A DNA stretch of 64,000 nt from an uncultured delta proteobacterium (lineage in GTDB: Bacteria > Desulfobacterota > Syntrophia > Syntrophales > Smithellaceae), in the NCBI GenBank assembly GCA_963845095.1, contig CAWJQM010000019.1, positions 53,316 through 117,315 of the forward strand, written 5' to 3'. The notes below the pieces were generated by a model, which searched no databases, was not told where the DNA came from, and saw nothing but the letters and a program-made list of their open reading frames with translations. Position numbers and translations under genes: made by a program. Below, piece by piece: positions 39,231 through 50,200 of this stretch; position 1 is the first letter of the stretch, and each line of letters opens with the position of its first letter.

Positions 39231-40084
39231 GTAAGGCGCACCCCCTTAGTCTGCAATTCGCCAAAGAGAGAGCGAGCCGCCTCCAGGAATGCGGCAAATT
39301 GCTCTGACTGACGGACAGAGATCACATCCGGGGGAAGAAAACGTGACAAATCTTGCACTATGGCCTCGCGCATCATTTCTGCGTCTTGCTTTGAGGGCTT
39401 GGTAAAAAAGTTCACGTTTCTTTGGGCGACAAATGCCGCCCGGTAAAGCGCGAATTTTCTTTCGATAATCTCCACGATTACCGGCGTTTTCAGGACGGTA
39501 TAAAGATACCAGAGATCAAAAAAATCGCGGCCTTTAAGATAGCGCCGCTCCAGGAGGGCACGCACTTTGTCGGAAAGAATCTCCCCAGGCGTTTCCGCTA
39601 CGATAATCGTATTGGGGCGCGGCACACGGAATTCCCCGGCGGCAATCAGATAGGCAACGGCGCTCAACGAGGAAAGGACATGATTTTGGATATCCGGCAA
39701 TTTTTCGGCAACCAGACCTTCAAATTCCAGCTGGACGGAAATCTTTTCTCTGGAGTTTTCTGGGCGAATATCCACAAAGCATTTCAGCGCGCCGGCGCGC
39801 GCGCTTTTTTTGTTCACGGTGACCGTGCCGACACCAAAATGAGGAATCATGAGCTTTTCAATGCCCTTGATAGCCCCGTTCAGAATTTTTTCAACAGCTG
39901 CGGGCGCAAGCGGCGTCACGAAATCGAGATCTTCGGAAAAACGACTTCCGCCATAACACCAGCGAATGGCCGTGCCGCCCTGAAAGATCAAATGGCGGCT
40001 TTCCTTCTGCATAAAAAGCTGGTGCAGAAGGATCAACTGGGCAATCTCCGCCTTGCGGATATATGTCTCACGATAGGTTTTCAT
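39227..40084 (-). CDS. AbiEii/AbiGii nucleotidyltransferase toxin
   Basis: FQGGTAIR.CYG..RFSEDLDF, K..ALL.R...RDFFDL. Confidence 0.92.
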   Translation of the reverse strand: MKTYRETYIRKAEIAQLILLHQLFMQKESRHLIFQGGTAIRWCYGGSRFSEDLDFVTPLAPAAVEKILNGAIKGIEKLMIPHFGVGTVTVNKKSARAGALKCFVDIRPENSREKISVQLEFEGLVAEKLPDIQNHVLSSLSAVAYLIAAGEFRVPRPNTIIVAETPGEILSDKVRALLERRYLKGRDFFDLWYLYTVLKTPVIVEIIERKFALYRAAFVAQRNVNFFTKPSKQDAEMMREAIVQDLSRFLPPDVISVRQSEQFAAFLEAARSLFGELQTKGVRLT

Positions 40085-40147
40085 ATTAAGTTACGATATA
40101 ATACATATTTGTATTGTAATGTAAATAGAAAAGTTTTTATAGCATTC

Positions 40148-40512
40148 CTAAAGATATCCCTTCAGCTTCTTTTTTCCCTTGCTTCCTTTGAAGTCTTTGC
40201 CCATGTGTTCCTTGACGAATAAAGCGAATTTCTGCTGACCGGATTCTGAAGTAATTGACTTTAAAGCGCTGTCGATAGTGGAGCCAAGTTTGCCGGCATC
40301 TGTCGGTTTGATTAATTTTAACGCATCAAAACATTTTTCCAGGGCTGTTTTCTCTGCGACCGGTGGTTTTTGAGCAACCGTTTTGATTTCCTGCTGTGGT
40401 TGCCTAACTGAAACGGTGACAACTTCCGGCTTTTCCTCCGGCAGATCGTAAGGCGTCTCCAGCTTGACCCAGCCGAGGGGAAGCCAATGTAGTCAAGGTC
40501 TTTGATTTTTCG
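40148..40512 (-). pseudogene. 3' gene fragment, possibly the C-terminus of a type III-A Csm5 RAMP
   Basis: With two indels reads DLDYIGFPLGWVKLE, a Pro/Glu linker and a helical tail ending KKKLKGYL*; no start codon. Confidence 0.45.
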
Positions 40513-40518
40513 ATGTTA

Positions 40519-40550
40519 TAACGACTAATCCAGACGTTTTTTAAACAGGC
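40519..40550. repeat. 32-bp direct repeat, copy overlapping the ABC permease stop codon
   Basis: Encodes LFKKRLD* on the minus strand; identical to 38435-38466. Confidence 0.95.
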
Positions 40551-41646
40551 TGATGGCGCCGGAAAAGACAATGATACCCAGTATGGCCAGGGCCACGCAT
40601 TGAGGCCAGAGGACTTCCAGGCCGACGCCCTTGAGAAAAATACCGCGGACGATCACCAGAAAAAAGCGCAGCGGGTTGAGATAAGTGAGCCACTGCACAA
40701 ATTGCGGCATATTGGCAATAGGGAAGATAAAACCGCTCAACATCAAAAAAGGCATTATAAAGAAGAAAGTTGTCATCATTGCCTGCTGGCGGGTGCTGGA
40801 AATGGTAGAAATAAAAAGACCAATGCCCAGAGTGGAAAGCAGAAACAGGAAAGTGGAGAAAAACAGCAAAAGAATGCTTCCTCTCAGGGGAATCTCGAAC
40901 CAGTAAATGGCAAAGATCACTACTGCGGTCATCTGCACCAGCGAGACAATGATATAGGGAATGGTCTTGCCCAGAATAAATTCGTAAGATTTTAAAGGTG
41001 TCACGATCAGTTGTTCCATAGTACCGGTTTCTTTTTCCCGGATGATGGCGATGGATGTCAGCAAAAGTGATGTGAGCATGACCAGAAAGGAAACAATCCC
41101 GGGAACAAAGAAATGCTGGCTGTCCAGATTGGGGTTGTACCAGGTGCGGATGCGGGCGTCGATTTTGCCGTAATTCATCTGCCGGGGATACAACTCGCGG
41201 AGAGTTTTGCGGTTAAACTTATCGAGTACGGAAGAAGTATAAGCGATGCGCATTGCCGCCATATTGCTCATCGAGCCGTCGGCAATTATCTGCACCGACG
41301 CGGTCTGGCCTTTGCGAATGATGGCGGCGAAATCGGGATTAATCTGGATCGCCATGTCTACTTTACCTTCCAGTAAGAGTTCAGTAATCTGCTTATCGCC
41401 GGTTAAATTGTGGGTGAAATGGAAAATATTACTGCCGGCAAAATCATCAACAAGGCTTCGGCTTTCCTGAGTTTGAGAATAATCCAACAGGGCGACACGG
41501 ATATTGCGGATGTCGTAGTTAACCACATATCCGAAAACCAATATCTGGATCAGAGGTGCGGCAAAGAGGAGCACACGATTGCGTTTGTCGCGGAAAAGCT
41601 GAATAAATTCTTTGCGCACCAATTCCCGAATTCTCAGCCGGTTCAT
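40525..41646 (-). CDS. ABC-2 exporter permease (YbhR-like)
   Basis: KEFIQLFRD, WYNPNL, REKETGTMEQL.VTP. Confidence 0.93.
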   Translation of the reverse strand: MNRLRIRELVRKEFIQLFRDKRNRVLLFAAPLIQILVFGYVVNYDIRNIRVALLDYSQTQESRSLVDDFAGSNIFHFTHNLTGDKQITELLLEGKVDMAIQINPDFAAIIRKGQTASVQIIADGSMSNMAAMRIAYTSSVLDKFNRKTLRELYPRQMNYGKIDARIRTWYNPNLDSQHFFVPGIVSFLVMLTSLLLTSIAIIREKETGTMEQLIVTPLKSYEFILGKTIPYIIVSLVQMTAVVIFAIYWFEIPLRGSILLLFFSTFLFLLSTLGIGLFISTISSTRQQAMMTTFFFIMPFLMLSGFIFPIANMPQFVQWLTYLNPLRFFLVIVRGIFLKGVGLEVLWPQCVALAILGIIVFSGAISLFKKRLD

Positions 41647-42776
41647 AAACCTTCCTTTCTGAGGATACGGTAGTTCAGCGCCGACAGGAGTACAAAAAAA
41701 GCAAACAGAACCGACAGGCTCGGCCAGAGATAAGCTAATCCTGTGTTGCGCAGGTAGATGCCCGTCAGGATATCGATATAATAGCGGGCCGGGACAACAT
41801 AGGTAATATACTGCAAAAAGGGCGGCATATTAATAATGGGGAAGACATAGTTCGAAAGCAAAAGCGACGGCAGGTACGTTGTCAGTATGGCCATCTGATT
41901 GGCGATCATTTGCGATTTGGTGATATTGGAAATAAACAAACCCAGCGAGAGGGCAACCAGGATATAAAGCGAAGTGGCCGTGAGCATGAGCCAGAAATTG
42001 CCTTTCATTACTACGCCGAAGAGAATCTGACCGAAAATCATGGCAATCAAGACATCGGTAAGAGCGATTAAAAAGTAAGGAATGGCCTTGCCCAGATAGA
42101 ATTCACCGGCCCTGACCGGCAGGGATTTAATGGTTTCCATTGTACCGTTTTCATACTCCCGGGCGATGACAAGTGATGTTAAAAGCGCACCGACAATCAT
42201 AATGATAATGGCAATAATCCCGGGGATAATGAAGTTGCGGCTTTCCAAATCTTCGTTAAACCAGACGCGGATTCGTCCGTCCACCGGGGCATTTATTTTG
42301 GCGAGTCCCTGGCGGTTGAGATAATTCACCAATAATTTTTGATTGTACTGTTCGGTAATAGCGGTCAGATAACCGCGAATAATTCCGGCAAAATTGGGAT
42401 CGCTGCCGTCAATAATGATTTGCAGGGACGAGGTGCGGTCAGCGCGAATATCATTCATAAAACCCGGCGGGATGACAATTACCACCATCGTGAGATTGTT
42501 GTCGAGATAGTCCGCCGCCTGCTTGGCATCCCCGAGATGCGCGGCGATGTGAAAGTAGGGCGATGCGCTGATTTTACTTAAGAAATCGCGGCTGAGTTCT
42601 GTTTTGTCATGATCAATAACCACTGTTTCTACATTATTAACGTCCAGATTCAGGGCGTAACCGAAAAGAATTATCAGGATCAGCGGAATGGCAAAAGCCA
42701 GATAAAGGCTGCGGTAATCCCGGATCAGGTGATAAAATTCCTTACGAATTATGGCCTGGAGACGCAGGGGATTCAA
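41643..42776 (-). CDS. ABC-2 exporter permease (YbhS-like)
   Basis: KEFYHLIRD, DGSDPN, REYENGTME. Confidence 0.93.
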   Translation of the reverse strand: MNPLRLQAIIRKEFYHLIRDYRSLYLAFAIPLILIILFGYALNLDVNNVETVVIDHDKTELSRDFLSKISASPYFHIAAHLGDAKQAADYLDNNLTMVVIVIPPGFMNDIRADRTSSLQIIIDGSDPNFAGIIRGYLTAITEQYNQKLLVNYLNRQGLAKINAPVDGRIRVWFNEDLESRNFIIPGIIAIIIMIVGALLTSLVIAREYENGTMETIKSLPVRAGEFYLGKAIPYFLIALTDVLIAMIFGQILFGVVMKGNFWLMLTATSLYILVALSLGLFISNITKSQMIANQMAILTTYLPSLLLSNYVFPIINMPPFLQYITYVVPARYYIDILTGIYLRNTGLAYLWPSLSVLFAFFVLLSALNYRILRKEGL

Positions 42777-43541
42777 CTATTGCTCCTCATTTCTTGTCAT
42801 CAACTTTATAAACGCATCATTTAAATCGGCTGCCGGCTGATCCGGGCAGGCTGCGGCAATAATTTCTGCAGGAGAGCCTGTGGCTACAATCATGCCCTGA
42901 TTAATCATGACAATGCGTTCGCAAAAGCGCGCTTCATCCATGTAATGCGTGGTCACAAATACGGTCATGCCACCCGAAGCCAGTTCCTGAATGAAACTCC
43001 AGAAATGCCGGCGGGTGAGAGGATCAACGCCGGAGGTTGGTTCGTCCAGAAAAAGAATATCGGGCTTATGCAAAAGAGAGCATCCCAGCGCCAGACGCTG
43101 CCGCCAGCCGGGCGGCAATTCCTTTGTCGGGCGATTGCGCATTTCCTGCAGGCGCGACATATTCAAAACCCAATCGATGCGCTCGGGCCACTGATCCTCC
43201 GGGACATTATAAACGCCCAGATAAAACCGCAGATTTTCGAAAGACGTCAGATCTTCATAAAGAGAAAATTTTTGCGACATGTAGCCGATCGATTGTTTTA
43301 TTGCTTCCGCATCGGTCATAATATCGTGACCGGCGACAAAGCCCGAACCGGAGGACGGGGTAATAATGCCGCAGAGCATGCGGATAGTCGTGGATTTGCC
43401 GGAGCCGTTGGCGCCCAGAAATCCGAAGATTTCCCCCTTTTTTACGGAGAAAGTGATTTTGTTGACGGCAACAAAAGCGCCGAATTTCTTTTCCAGGTTT
43501 TTGACTGCAATGGAATCAGATGTGGAATTTGTCATCGACAA
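42777..43541 (-). CDS. ABC ATP-binding protein (YbhF C-terminal-half type)
   Basis: GANGSGKST, LPPGWRQRL, FLDEPTSGVDP, TTHYMDEA. Confidence 0.93.
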   Translation of the reverse strand: MSMTNSTSDSIAVKNLEKKFGAFVAVNKITFSVKKGEIFGFLGANGSGKSTTIRMLCGIITPSSGSGFVAGHDIMTDAEAIKQSIGYMSQKFSLYEDLTSFENLRFYLGVYNVPEDQWPERIDWVLNMSRLQEMRNRPTKELPPGWRQRLALGCSLLHKPDILFLDEPTSGVDPLTRRHFWSFIQELASGGMTVFVTTHYMDEARFCERIVMINQGMIVATGSPAEIIAAACPDQPAADLNDAFIKLMTRNEEQ

Positions 43542-44289
43542 GCCCCTTATCCACTTCTTTTATCCTTTCGATCATTGCTTCTTCCAGATTTGAAAAATTT
43601 TGACGCATCAGCGCCGGAGTCGAAGACTCCAGAATGACGGAATTGTGCATCAGGGCGAGTTGATCACATTTTTCGCCTTCGTCGAGATAGGCCGTGGAGA
43701 CCATTATCGTCATGCCTTCCTGCTTCATATTGGAAAGAATTTCCCAGAACTCGCTGCGCGATACCGGATCTACGCCGTTGGTCGGCTCATCGAGAAGAAG
43801 CAACTGCGGTTCATGCACCAGCACACAGGCCAATCCCAGCTTCTGTTTCATGCCACCGGAAAGATTGCCGGCGGGCCTGTCCAGAAACGGCAGCAGGTTG
43901 GAAAAGCCCAGATATTTATCTTTGCGCAGTTTTCTTTGCGATTTGGGAATGTTAAAAATATCCATGAAGAAATCTATATTTTCTTCCACGGACAAATCCT
44001 GATACAGGCCGAAGCGCTGCGGCATATAACCGATGATGTTTTTTATTTTTCGCCGCTCGCTTACAACATTCAGGCCGCCGATGGAAATAGTTCCCGCTGA
44101 GGGCCTGATCATTGTGGCGATCAGACGAAGAAGAGTTGATTTGCCCGCGCCGTCAGAACCGACCAGGCCGAAGATTTTTCCGCGGGTGACCTTCAGCGAT
44201 ACGTCTTTAAGCGCCTGGACAGTGTTGAAATTCACGGAGACGTTTTTAACTTCCACCAGCGGCGGAAAATTTGCAGCAGGATCGCTCAT
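43516..44289 (-). CDS. ABC ATP-binding protein (YbhF N-terminal-half type)
   Basis: GSDGAGKST, LSGGMKQKL, LLDEPTNGVDP, STAYLDE. Confidence 0.93.
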   Translation of the reverse strand: MSDPAANFPPLVEVKNVSVNFNTVQALKDVSLKVTRGKIFGLVGSDGAGKSTLLRLIATMIRPSAGTISIGGLNVVSERRKIKNIIGYMPQRFGLYQDLSVEENIDFFMDIFNIPKSQRKLRKDKYLGFSNLLPFLDRPAGNLSGGMKQKLGLACVLVHEPQLLLLDEPTNGVDPVSRSEFWEILSNMKQEGMTIMVSTAYLDEGEKCDQLALMHNSVILESSTPALMRQNFSNLEEAMIERIKEVDKGLVDDKFHI

Positions 44290-44303
44290 CGGCTTCTCCT
44301 TTT

Positions 44304-45314
44304 CTATTTCAGCAAGGCGTCAGCCGGCATTCCCGCTTTGAGTTCTTTTGTGGGATTGGCGATTGCTATTTTGACCAAGTAAACAAGCTTAACTCTTTCT
44401 TTTTTGGTTTGAATTATCTTCGGTGTGAATTCACCCTCGGGAGAGATGAAAGAGACATATCCTTCGAATACTTTGTCGGGAAAGGTATCTATCTTTACCT
44501 CTGCTTTCTGGCCGGGTTTTACTTTGCCGATCTGGGTTTCATCGATAAATATTTTCAGATCGACGCGGGAGAGGTCGGAAACAGTGATGACTTCCCGTCC
44601 GACGTTGACAGTTTCACCCGGTTCGATATTGCGGCTGATCACCATGCCGGCAAGCGGTGAGCGGAGCTGCGTATAGTCGAGCTGTATTGCCGCCTGCGCA
44701 AGCGCCGCACGGGCCACATCTATCTGGGCGCCCGCTGTTTCAATGTCCTGCCGGGCTGCGTCAATTTTAGTGAGATTGCCCTGCGCCAGTTTCAGGATGG
44801 ATTCACTTTCGGCCAGACGCGATTTAGCTATCTCATAAGCCAGTTTCAAGGTGTCGCGTTCTTTTTCCGTAACCACACCGTTACGGAAGAGCTCTTCATA
44901 GCGCCGGTAATTTTTTTCCGCGTCCTGCACAGTATCATTGGCGCTTTTGACATTGGCTGTGGCGCGGGTCACTTCCGCGGGCAGAGTTTTTCTGCTGATA
45001 TTCAGAACCGTCTCCAGCTGCTGCCTGGCCTTCTGCGCGCGGTCAAGATTGGCTTTAGCCTGATCATAGCGCGACTGAAATTCTGCCCGGTCCAGTTCGG
45101 CGATTACCTGATCTTTAGTTACAGGCTGACCTTCCTTTGCGGCAACACTGACAACGCGCCCGGGAATCTGGAAGGAGAGATTGGCCTGCGTTGTTTCGAT
45201 AGTGCCGGAAAAATGAAGCTCGTTTTGGTTATTATTTCTCTGACCGAAATAGACAAAGGAGGCGGCCCCGATAAATAATATAATAAAAGCAACAATGATA
45301 ATTTTCTTTTTCAA
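44304..45314 (-). CDS. HlyD family periplasmic adaptor (YbhG-like)
   Basis: N-terminal TM, SGTIE, coiled coil, EFTPK.IQT..ER..LVY; TTG start after GGAGG. Confidence 0.92.
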   Translation of the reverse strand: MKKKIIIVAFIILFIGAASFVYFGQRNNNQNELHFSGTIETTQANLSFQIPGRVVSVAAKEGQPVTKDQVIAELDRAEFQSRYDQAKANLDRAQKARQQLETVLNISRKTLPAEVTRATANVKSANDTVQDAEKNYRRYEELFRNGVVTEKERDTLKLAYEIAKSRLAESESILKLAQGNLTKIDAARQDIETAGAQIDVARAALAQAAIQLDYTQLRSPLAGMVISRNIEPGETVNVGREVITVSDLSRVDLKIFIDETQIGKVKPGQKAEVKIDTFPDKVFEGYVSFISPEGEFTPKIIQTKKERVKLVYLVKIAIANPTKELKAGMPADALLK

Positions 45315-45379
45315 AACGTATCCTCCCATTCATCAATCTTTAGTACTTGTCTTTCCCGGTAAGCAACTATTTTGCAGTA

Positions 45380-46027
45380 TCATATCTTTATTGCCTTCAG
45401 CACGAGTTTGGCGACTTCCTTGCCTAAACCATCCTGCGGCTTTTTATCACGTGCTTTTAAGTCTGCCGGAATCCATACCTGTCTGTCTTTCACCCCGACG
45501 GCGCCCTTATAGGAAAGAATTGTCCCCAGGATCATCATATGAATCAGAAAAGGAACCGTCTCGGCAAAGATGCCTTTGTTCCTGCCCTCCTCCAGAATGC
45601 CGATCAGAATCGTCAAAATAGAAGCGATGTCTTCCACCACCACCCGCGGCAGGTGTGCGCCGCCGGAGGCAATTTCGCGCATCATGATCGGCGGTATTTC
45701 GGGGTTGCGATCCACGGCGTCAGCGATATTATTAATGTAAGCTGCTAATTTTTCTTCCGGGCTGCCGGCATTCGCCACGGCACCGGCGATCTTTTGAGCA
45801 ATATTGCCGATGACCTGATGAATGACATTGGCATAAAGCGTGTCTTTGTCGCCGATCTGATAATAAAGAGTGGCCTTGTTGACGCCGGCGCGCCGGGCGA
45901 TTTCATCCACATGCGTTCCGCTGTAGCCGTTTTCGGCAAACACCGCCCTTGCCGCTATCAGGATTTTCTGCGCCGTCTTGCCGGGTTTTTCGATATTTGT
46001 GTCGCTTTTAATCAACTGCCTCACCAT
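45380..46027 (-). CDS. TetR family regulator
   Basis: ILIAARAVFAENGY..T.VDEIARRAGVNKATLYY; the ORF-track N-terminus is a translation of the REP. Confidence 0.92.
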   Translation of the reverse strand: MVRQLIKSDTNIEKPGKTAQKILIAARAVFAENGYSGTHVDEIARRAGVNKATLYYQIGDKDTLYANVIHQVIGNIAQKIAGAVANAGSPEEKLAAYINNIADAVDRNPEIPPIMMREIASGGAHLPRVVVEDIASILTILIGILEEGRNKGIFAETVPFLIHMMILGTILSYKGAVGVKDRQVWIPADLKARDKKPQDGLGKEVAKLVLKAIKI

Positions 46028-46049
46028 GAATGACTGATCCCGATTTAAG

Positions 46050-46127
46050 TCCCCCCTTTGGAAAAGGGGGTGAGGGGGATTTGTAGTTCGTACGAAATCC
46101 ACCCCAACCCTCCTTTAAAAAGGAGGG
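46050..46127. repeat. REP-like palindromic cluster, copy 2
   Basis: Near reverse complement of 59901-59981. Confidence 0.88.
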
Positions 46128-46169
46128 GGTAAGAAACTCCCGCCATCTACTAAAAAAGGCCTTATTTTT

Positions 46170-46181
46170 AACCGATCGGTT
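46170..46181. promoter_or_regulatory. Probable TetR operator
   Basis: Perfect palindrome AACCGATCGGTT upstream of the TetR operon. Confidence 0.65.
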
Positions 46182-46407
46182 TAACTTTATGGTTAAATAA
46201 ATTAGCGATGAATGTCAAGAATATTTTTTATCTATATGTAATCAGTGAATAATTATTGACTTCGCGGATGGGTTGGCTTATTGTCCGGTCAATTCTCATA
46301 TATCAAGTACCGTATTATTAAAGATGCAGATAGAATTTGGTTGCAGGACAATACTGGAAAATGAAGAACACATAAACAAAAATGCAGTGTGTTCCGGAAT
46401 TTAATTT

Positions 46408-47247
46408 ATGCCCAAAATACCCGCCCGGATTATTGATTTTCACGTTCATCTTTTCCCGGATAAGATGTTCGAAGCCATCTGGGATTTCTTTGCCCGGGGA
46501 TATCAGTGGGACGTCATCCACAAGCTCTACTATCGCGAGTGCATCGACTATCTGCGGGAGCGCGGCGTGGAGAAGATCGTTTATTCCAATTATGCCCACC
46601 GGCCAGGCATAGCCGAAGGACTTAATGACTGGAACTTGAAGGTGCTGGAGGAAAATCCCGACCTTTATTGCTTTGCGGCTTATCATCCGGGTGATGCTAA
46701 CGCGCTTGCCTATGCCGCAAAAATATTGAATCATCCACGGGTGCTCGGCTTCAAGCTGCAATTGCTCGTTCAGCGTTTTTTCCCGCATGACGAACGGCTT
46801 TTTCCTATGTATGACCTGGTGGCCCGGCTGGGCAAGCGCGTTCTCTTTCATGTGGGCACCGGTCCTGTCGGCAATGAATTTGTGGGGCTTGATCAATTCC
46901 GGAAGCTCCTCCTGCGTTATCCGGACATGCAGGCGAATGTTGCCCACATGGGTGCATTAGAGTATCGGGGCTTCATGGATCTGCTGGAAATTCATCCCGG
47001 ACTTTATCTGGACACATCTTACTCATTCTTTAAAGATATGCAGGGTAAGGGAGGATACAACCTCGGCAACGGACCGCTGGAGAAGCACAAAGACCGTATC
47101 CTGTATGGCTCGGATTTCCCCAATCTTATTCTACCCCGCGAATCTGAAATTGAAACTCTTCTTTCCTATGAGCTTTCGCCAGAGTTTTATGAAATGGTAT
47201 TTTACGAAAATGGAAAGAGGCTTATTTCTTCAATTGTTGGAAATTAA
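46408..47247 (+). CDS. Amidohydrolase_2 family metal-dependent hydrolase
   Basis: IDFHVH, FHVG, AHMG, LDTS, YGSDFP. Confidence 0.9.
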   Translation: MPKIPARIIDFHVHLFPDKMFEAIWDFFARGYQWDVIHKLYYRECIDYLRERGVEKIVYSNYAHRPGIAEGLNDWNLKVLEENPDLYCFAAYHPGDANALAYAAKILNHPRVLGFKLQLLVQRFFPHDERLFPMYDLVARLGKRVLFHVGTGPVGNEFVGLDQFRKLLLRYPDMQANVAHMGALEYRGFMDLLEIHPGLYLDTSYSFFKDMQGKGGYNLGNGPLEKHKDRILYGSDFPNLILPRESEIETLLSYELSPEFYEMVFYENGKRLISSIVGN

Positions 47248-47298
47248 AAAACAATTAAGAATAGCAGATAACCAACGGGAAAGCATAAGCGATTAGCT

Positions 47299-50200
47299 AT
47301 GAAAAAACGAACCCTGATCAAAGCCCTTTTGATATCAACTGCAGTGCTGGCGGCGCTTTTTGCATCCGCCTGGTTTTTTGTTTCCTGGCAGCTTTCCCAC
47401 CTGGAGAACTGCAAAGAATCAATCACGGCAGCCGTGGGAAATCAATTGAATCGTGATATTACCTATGAAAAGGGAAAAGCTACCCTGACTATCCGTGCGG
47501 GACTGGCTTTACAATTTACCAGGGTAGTGATCCGGGAGAAAGACCGGTCGGCAGATGTATTGAATATAGAAACCGCTTTTTTCCGGGTTGATATTCTTCC
47601 GCTGCTGAGAAAGCGGGTGATCCTCCGAGAAGTTATTCTCGATCATCCGCGCCTTTCATTAAAACGGGATCGGACAGGCGCTCTGAATATCGCCGATCTT
47701 CTGATGAAGGAACAAAAGCCGGAGCTGGCCCTGGAGTTTCGCAAACTCACCATCGAGGAAGGCTCGATCACCTTTTCCGACCAGGCTGTAAGCAACGAAG
47801 TTGTGGTAACGTCACTTACGAATCTGTATTGCCGGATTGATACACCCCGCCGGGGGGGTGCGTCACCATTTATTATTAAAGCGGCTGTCGGCGAGGATAA
47901 GAATCAGGGAGCGCTTTCGCTGGCGGGGACATTTCACCCCGCTCCCCCGGCAAAACCGCTTGCAGAGAGCACAGTTGATGTTTCCATCCGTTTAACCGGA
48001 ACTGATATCCACCATTACCTTCCCTATCTGAATAATCGTCTGCCTTTGGAACAACTGGCCGGACGCCTTGATGTGGATACGACATTTTCCGGCACACTCC
48101 TGAACTTCGCGGCAAAAGGAATCGTCACTGTAAAAGATGCCCTGCTGCATTATCCACAGGTTTTTCGCGGGCCGGTGCAGCCGTCGATTGTCCAGGTTGA
48201 TTATGCCTTAACGCGCGACGCCGGTCATCTTCAACTCGATATCGCCCGTCTGGCGGTTGATCGCTTCGAAGTCAAGGGTCATTTTGCCCTCCAGGAGATG
48301 GATCGGGAAGATCCCCTGATAACAGCAACTGGCGTCACGTCAACTTTTTCCCTGAAAGAAAGCCAACCTTATATTCCCTGGGGGATCATACCCAAAAATG
48401 TGGGGCGTTTCATCGAGACCCACATTAAGGAGGGCAATTTTCGACTCTTAGAAGGAAAACTAAACGGTCGGCGAAGCCAGATAGTCCAGATAGAAAGGCA
48501 GGAAAATGCCGGCGTCCTTTCCGTCCGGGCGGAAGTCAACAAGGGTGTTTTCATAGTGGATGACAAGACGCCCGCTTTTCGCGACGTAAGCGGCATAATG
48601 GAGTTAAAAAACCGGCAGTTTTTACTGAAAAATATGACTGGTCGTTTCGGTGCTTCACCCTGCACGCTGGAAGGAGGCATTTCTGATTTTGCTCTGCCGC
48701 ATCCTGCTCACTACACCGCCGCCATGACCCTTCAGCCTGCCCACGAGGAGATTCTGTGGCTGTTGGGAAAGGAAAGATTCCGCAATCTCAGCTTCAATGG
48801 GGCTTCAACACTTGTTCTATCCGGAAAGGGTCCGGCGGATAATTACCGGATCGGTGCCCGCTGGGATTTAACTGCTGTCTCCTATGCCTACCCGGAGGTC
48901 CTGAAAAAGCCGCAGGGAAAACCCAACCGGCTTGCCGCCGAAATAACCCTGAATAAAAATGCCGTCACCGTCACTTCCTTCAATTACGATCTGCCGCCGG
49001 TGAAAGTAAGCGGATCAGCCGGATATCGCTTTGCCGGGAAAAATCCCTTATCCCTGAACGTTAAGTCCAATACTTTTAACATCCGCGATGTTGTCTCGCT
49101 TCTGCCGCTTCTGCGGGTGTATGATCCGGCAGGAAAGTGTTTGATCGCCGTCGCCGGCCGCGGGGACATCCACGCTCCCGCTTCTTTTCAATGGAAGGGA
49201 AATGTGTCTTTGACCGATGTCTCCTGGCAACCGTCAGGCAATGTCAAGTCTGTAAAAGGCTTAACTGGAATGGTCATTTTCCGGGGCAACACAATGGAAA
49301 CATCACAGTTTAACGCACGCATCGGTGATAGTGCCATTACCGGGAAATGCCGGATGAATGATTTGCGCAAGCCGCAAGTTGACTGTCAATTTGCCGCCCC
49401 GCTATTTAGATCCATAGACGTGGGATGGCAAAGCTCGGAAGGTGCTGTAAATTTTCAGGACTTAAAAGGACAAGTTTTCATCGAAGACAATCATATCCGT
49501 GTGGATAAGCTATCGCTCAGGCTGGGAAAGTCCGGTTTTAATTTGTTGGGGGATATCCGGGATTTTGCTAATCCGAAGATCACGCTGGCTGTGCATTCAC
49601 CGTATATCGATTCCGAAGATATTGCCCGTCTGCTGACCCTGAAAAATCCACAGCGAAAAGATGATTCCTCTTCTTCTCGGGCGGAGCTGATTGCCAGCGT
49701 GCAGGTGGATGCCGGCACCTTTCAGGGCGTAGATTTCAACAAACTCAGCACCCGTTGGAAATATGCCGGGGGAATCCTGAAAGTAGAAACATTGGAAGCC
49801 GGCTTCTTTGATGGTTATCTCCAGGGAAAAGGCCAAGTGGATATTCGTCCTGACGGGCAGAATCATTATCAGGTAAAACTCTCCCTTGATCGGCTATCAC
49901 TGGACAAGATCCAAGGGTTTCTGGAAATGCGAGGCCGCACGGTTACCGGCAATCTTTTGTTGACGGGTGATATGACCGCCACAGGTCGTAATATCGACGA
50001 TTTTAAAAAGACAGCAGCAGGGACATTGCAGGTTCGGGCGGAAAAAGGAGTTCTGAAAAAGTTTTCCGTCCTTTCCAAGATATTCTCCCTCCTCAATGTT
50101 TTGCAACTGGCGAAGTTCCAACTTCCCGACATGGCCAAAGGCGGAGTGCCTTATAATACGATTACCGGCGCTCTTTCCCTCCAGGAAGGCATCTTATCTT

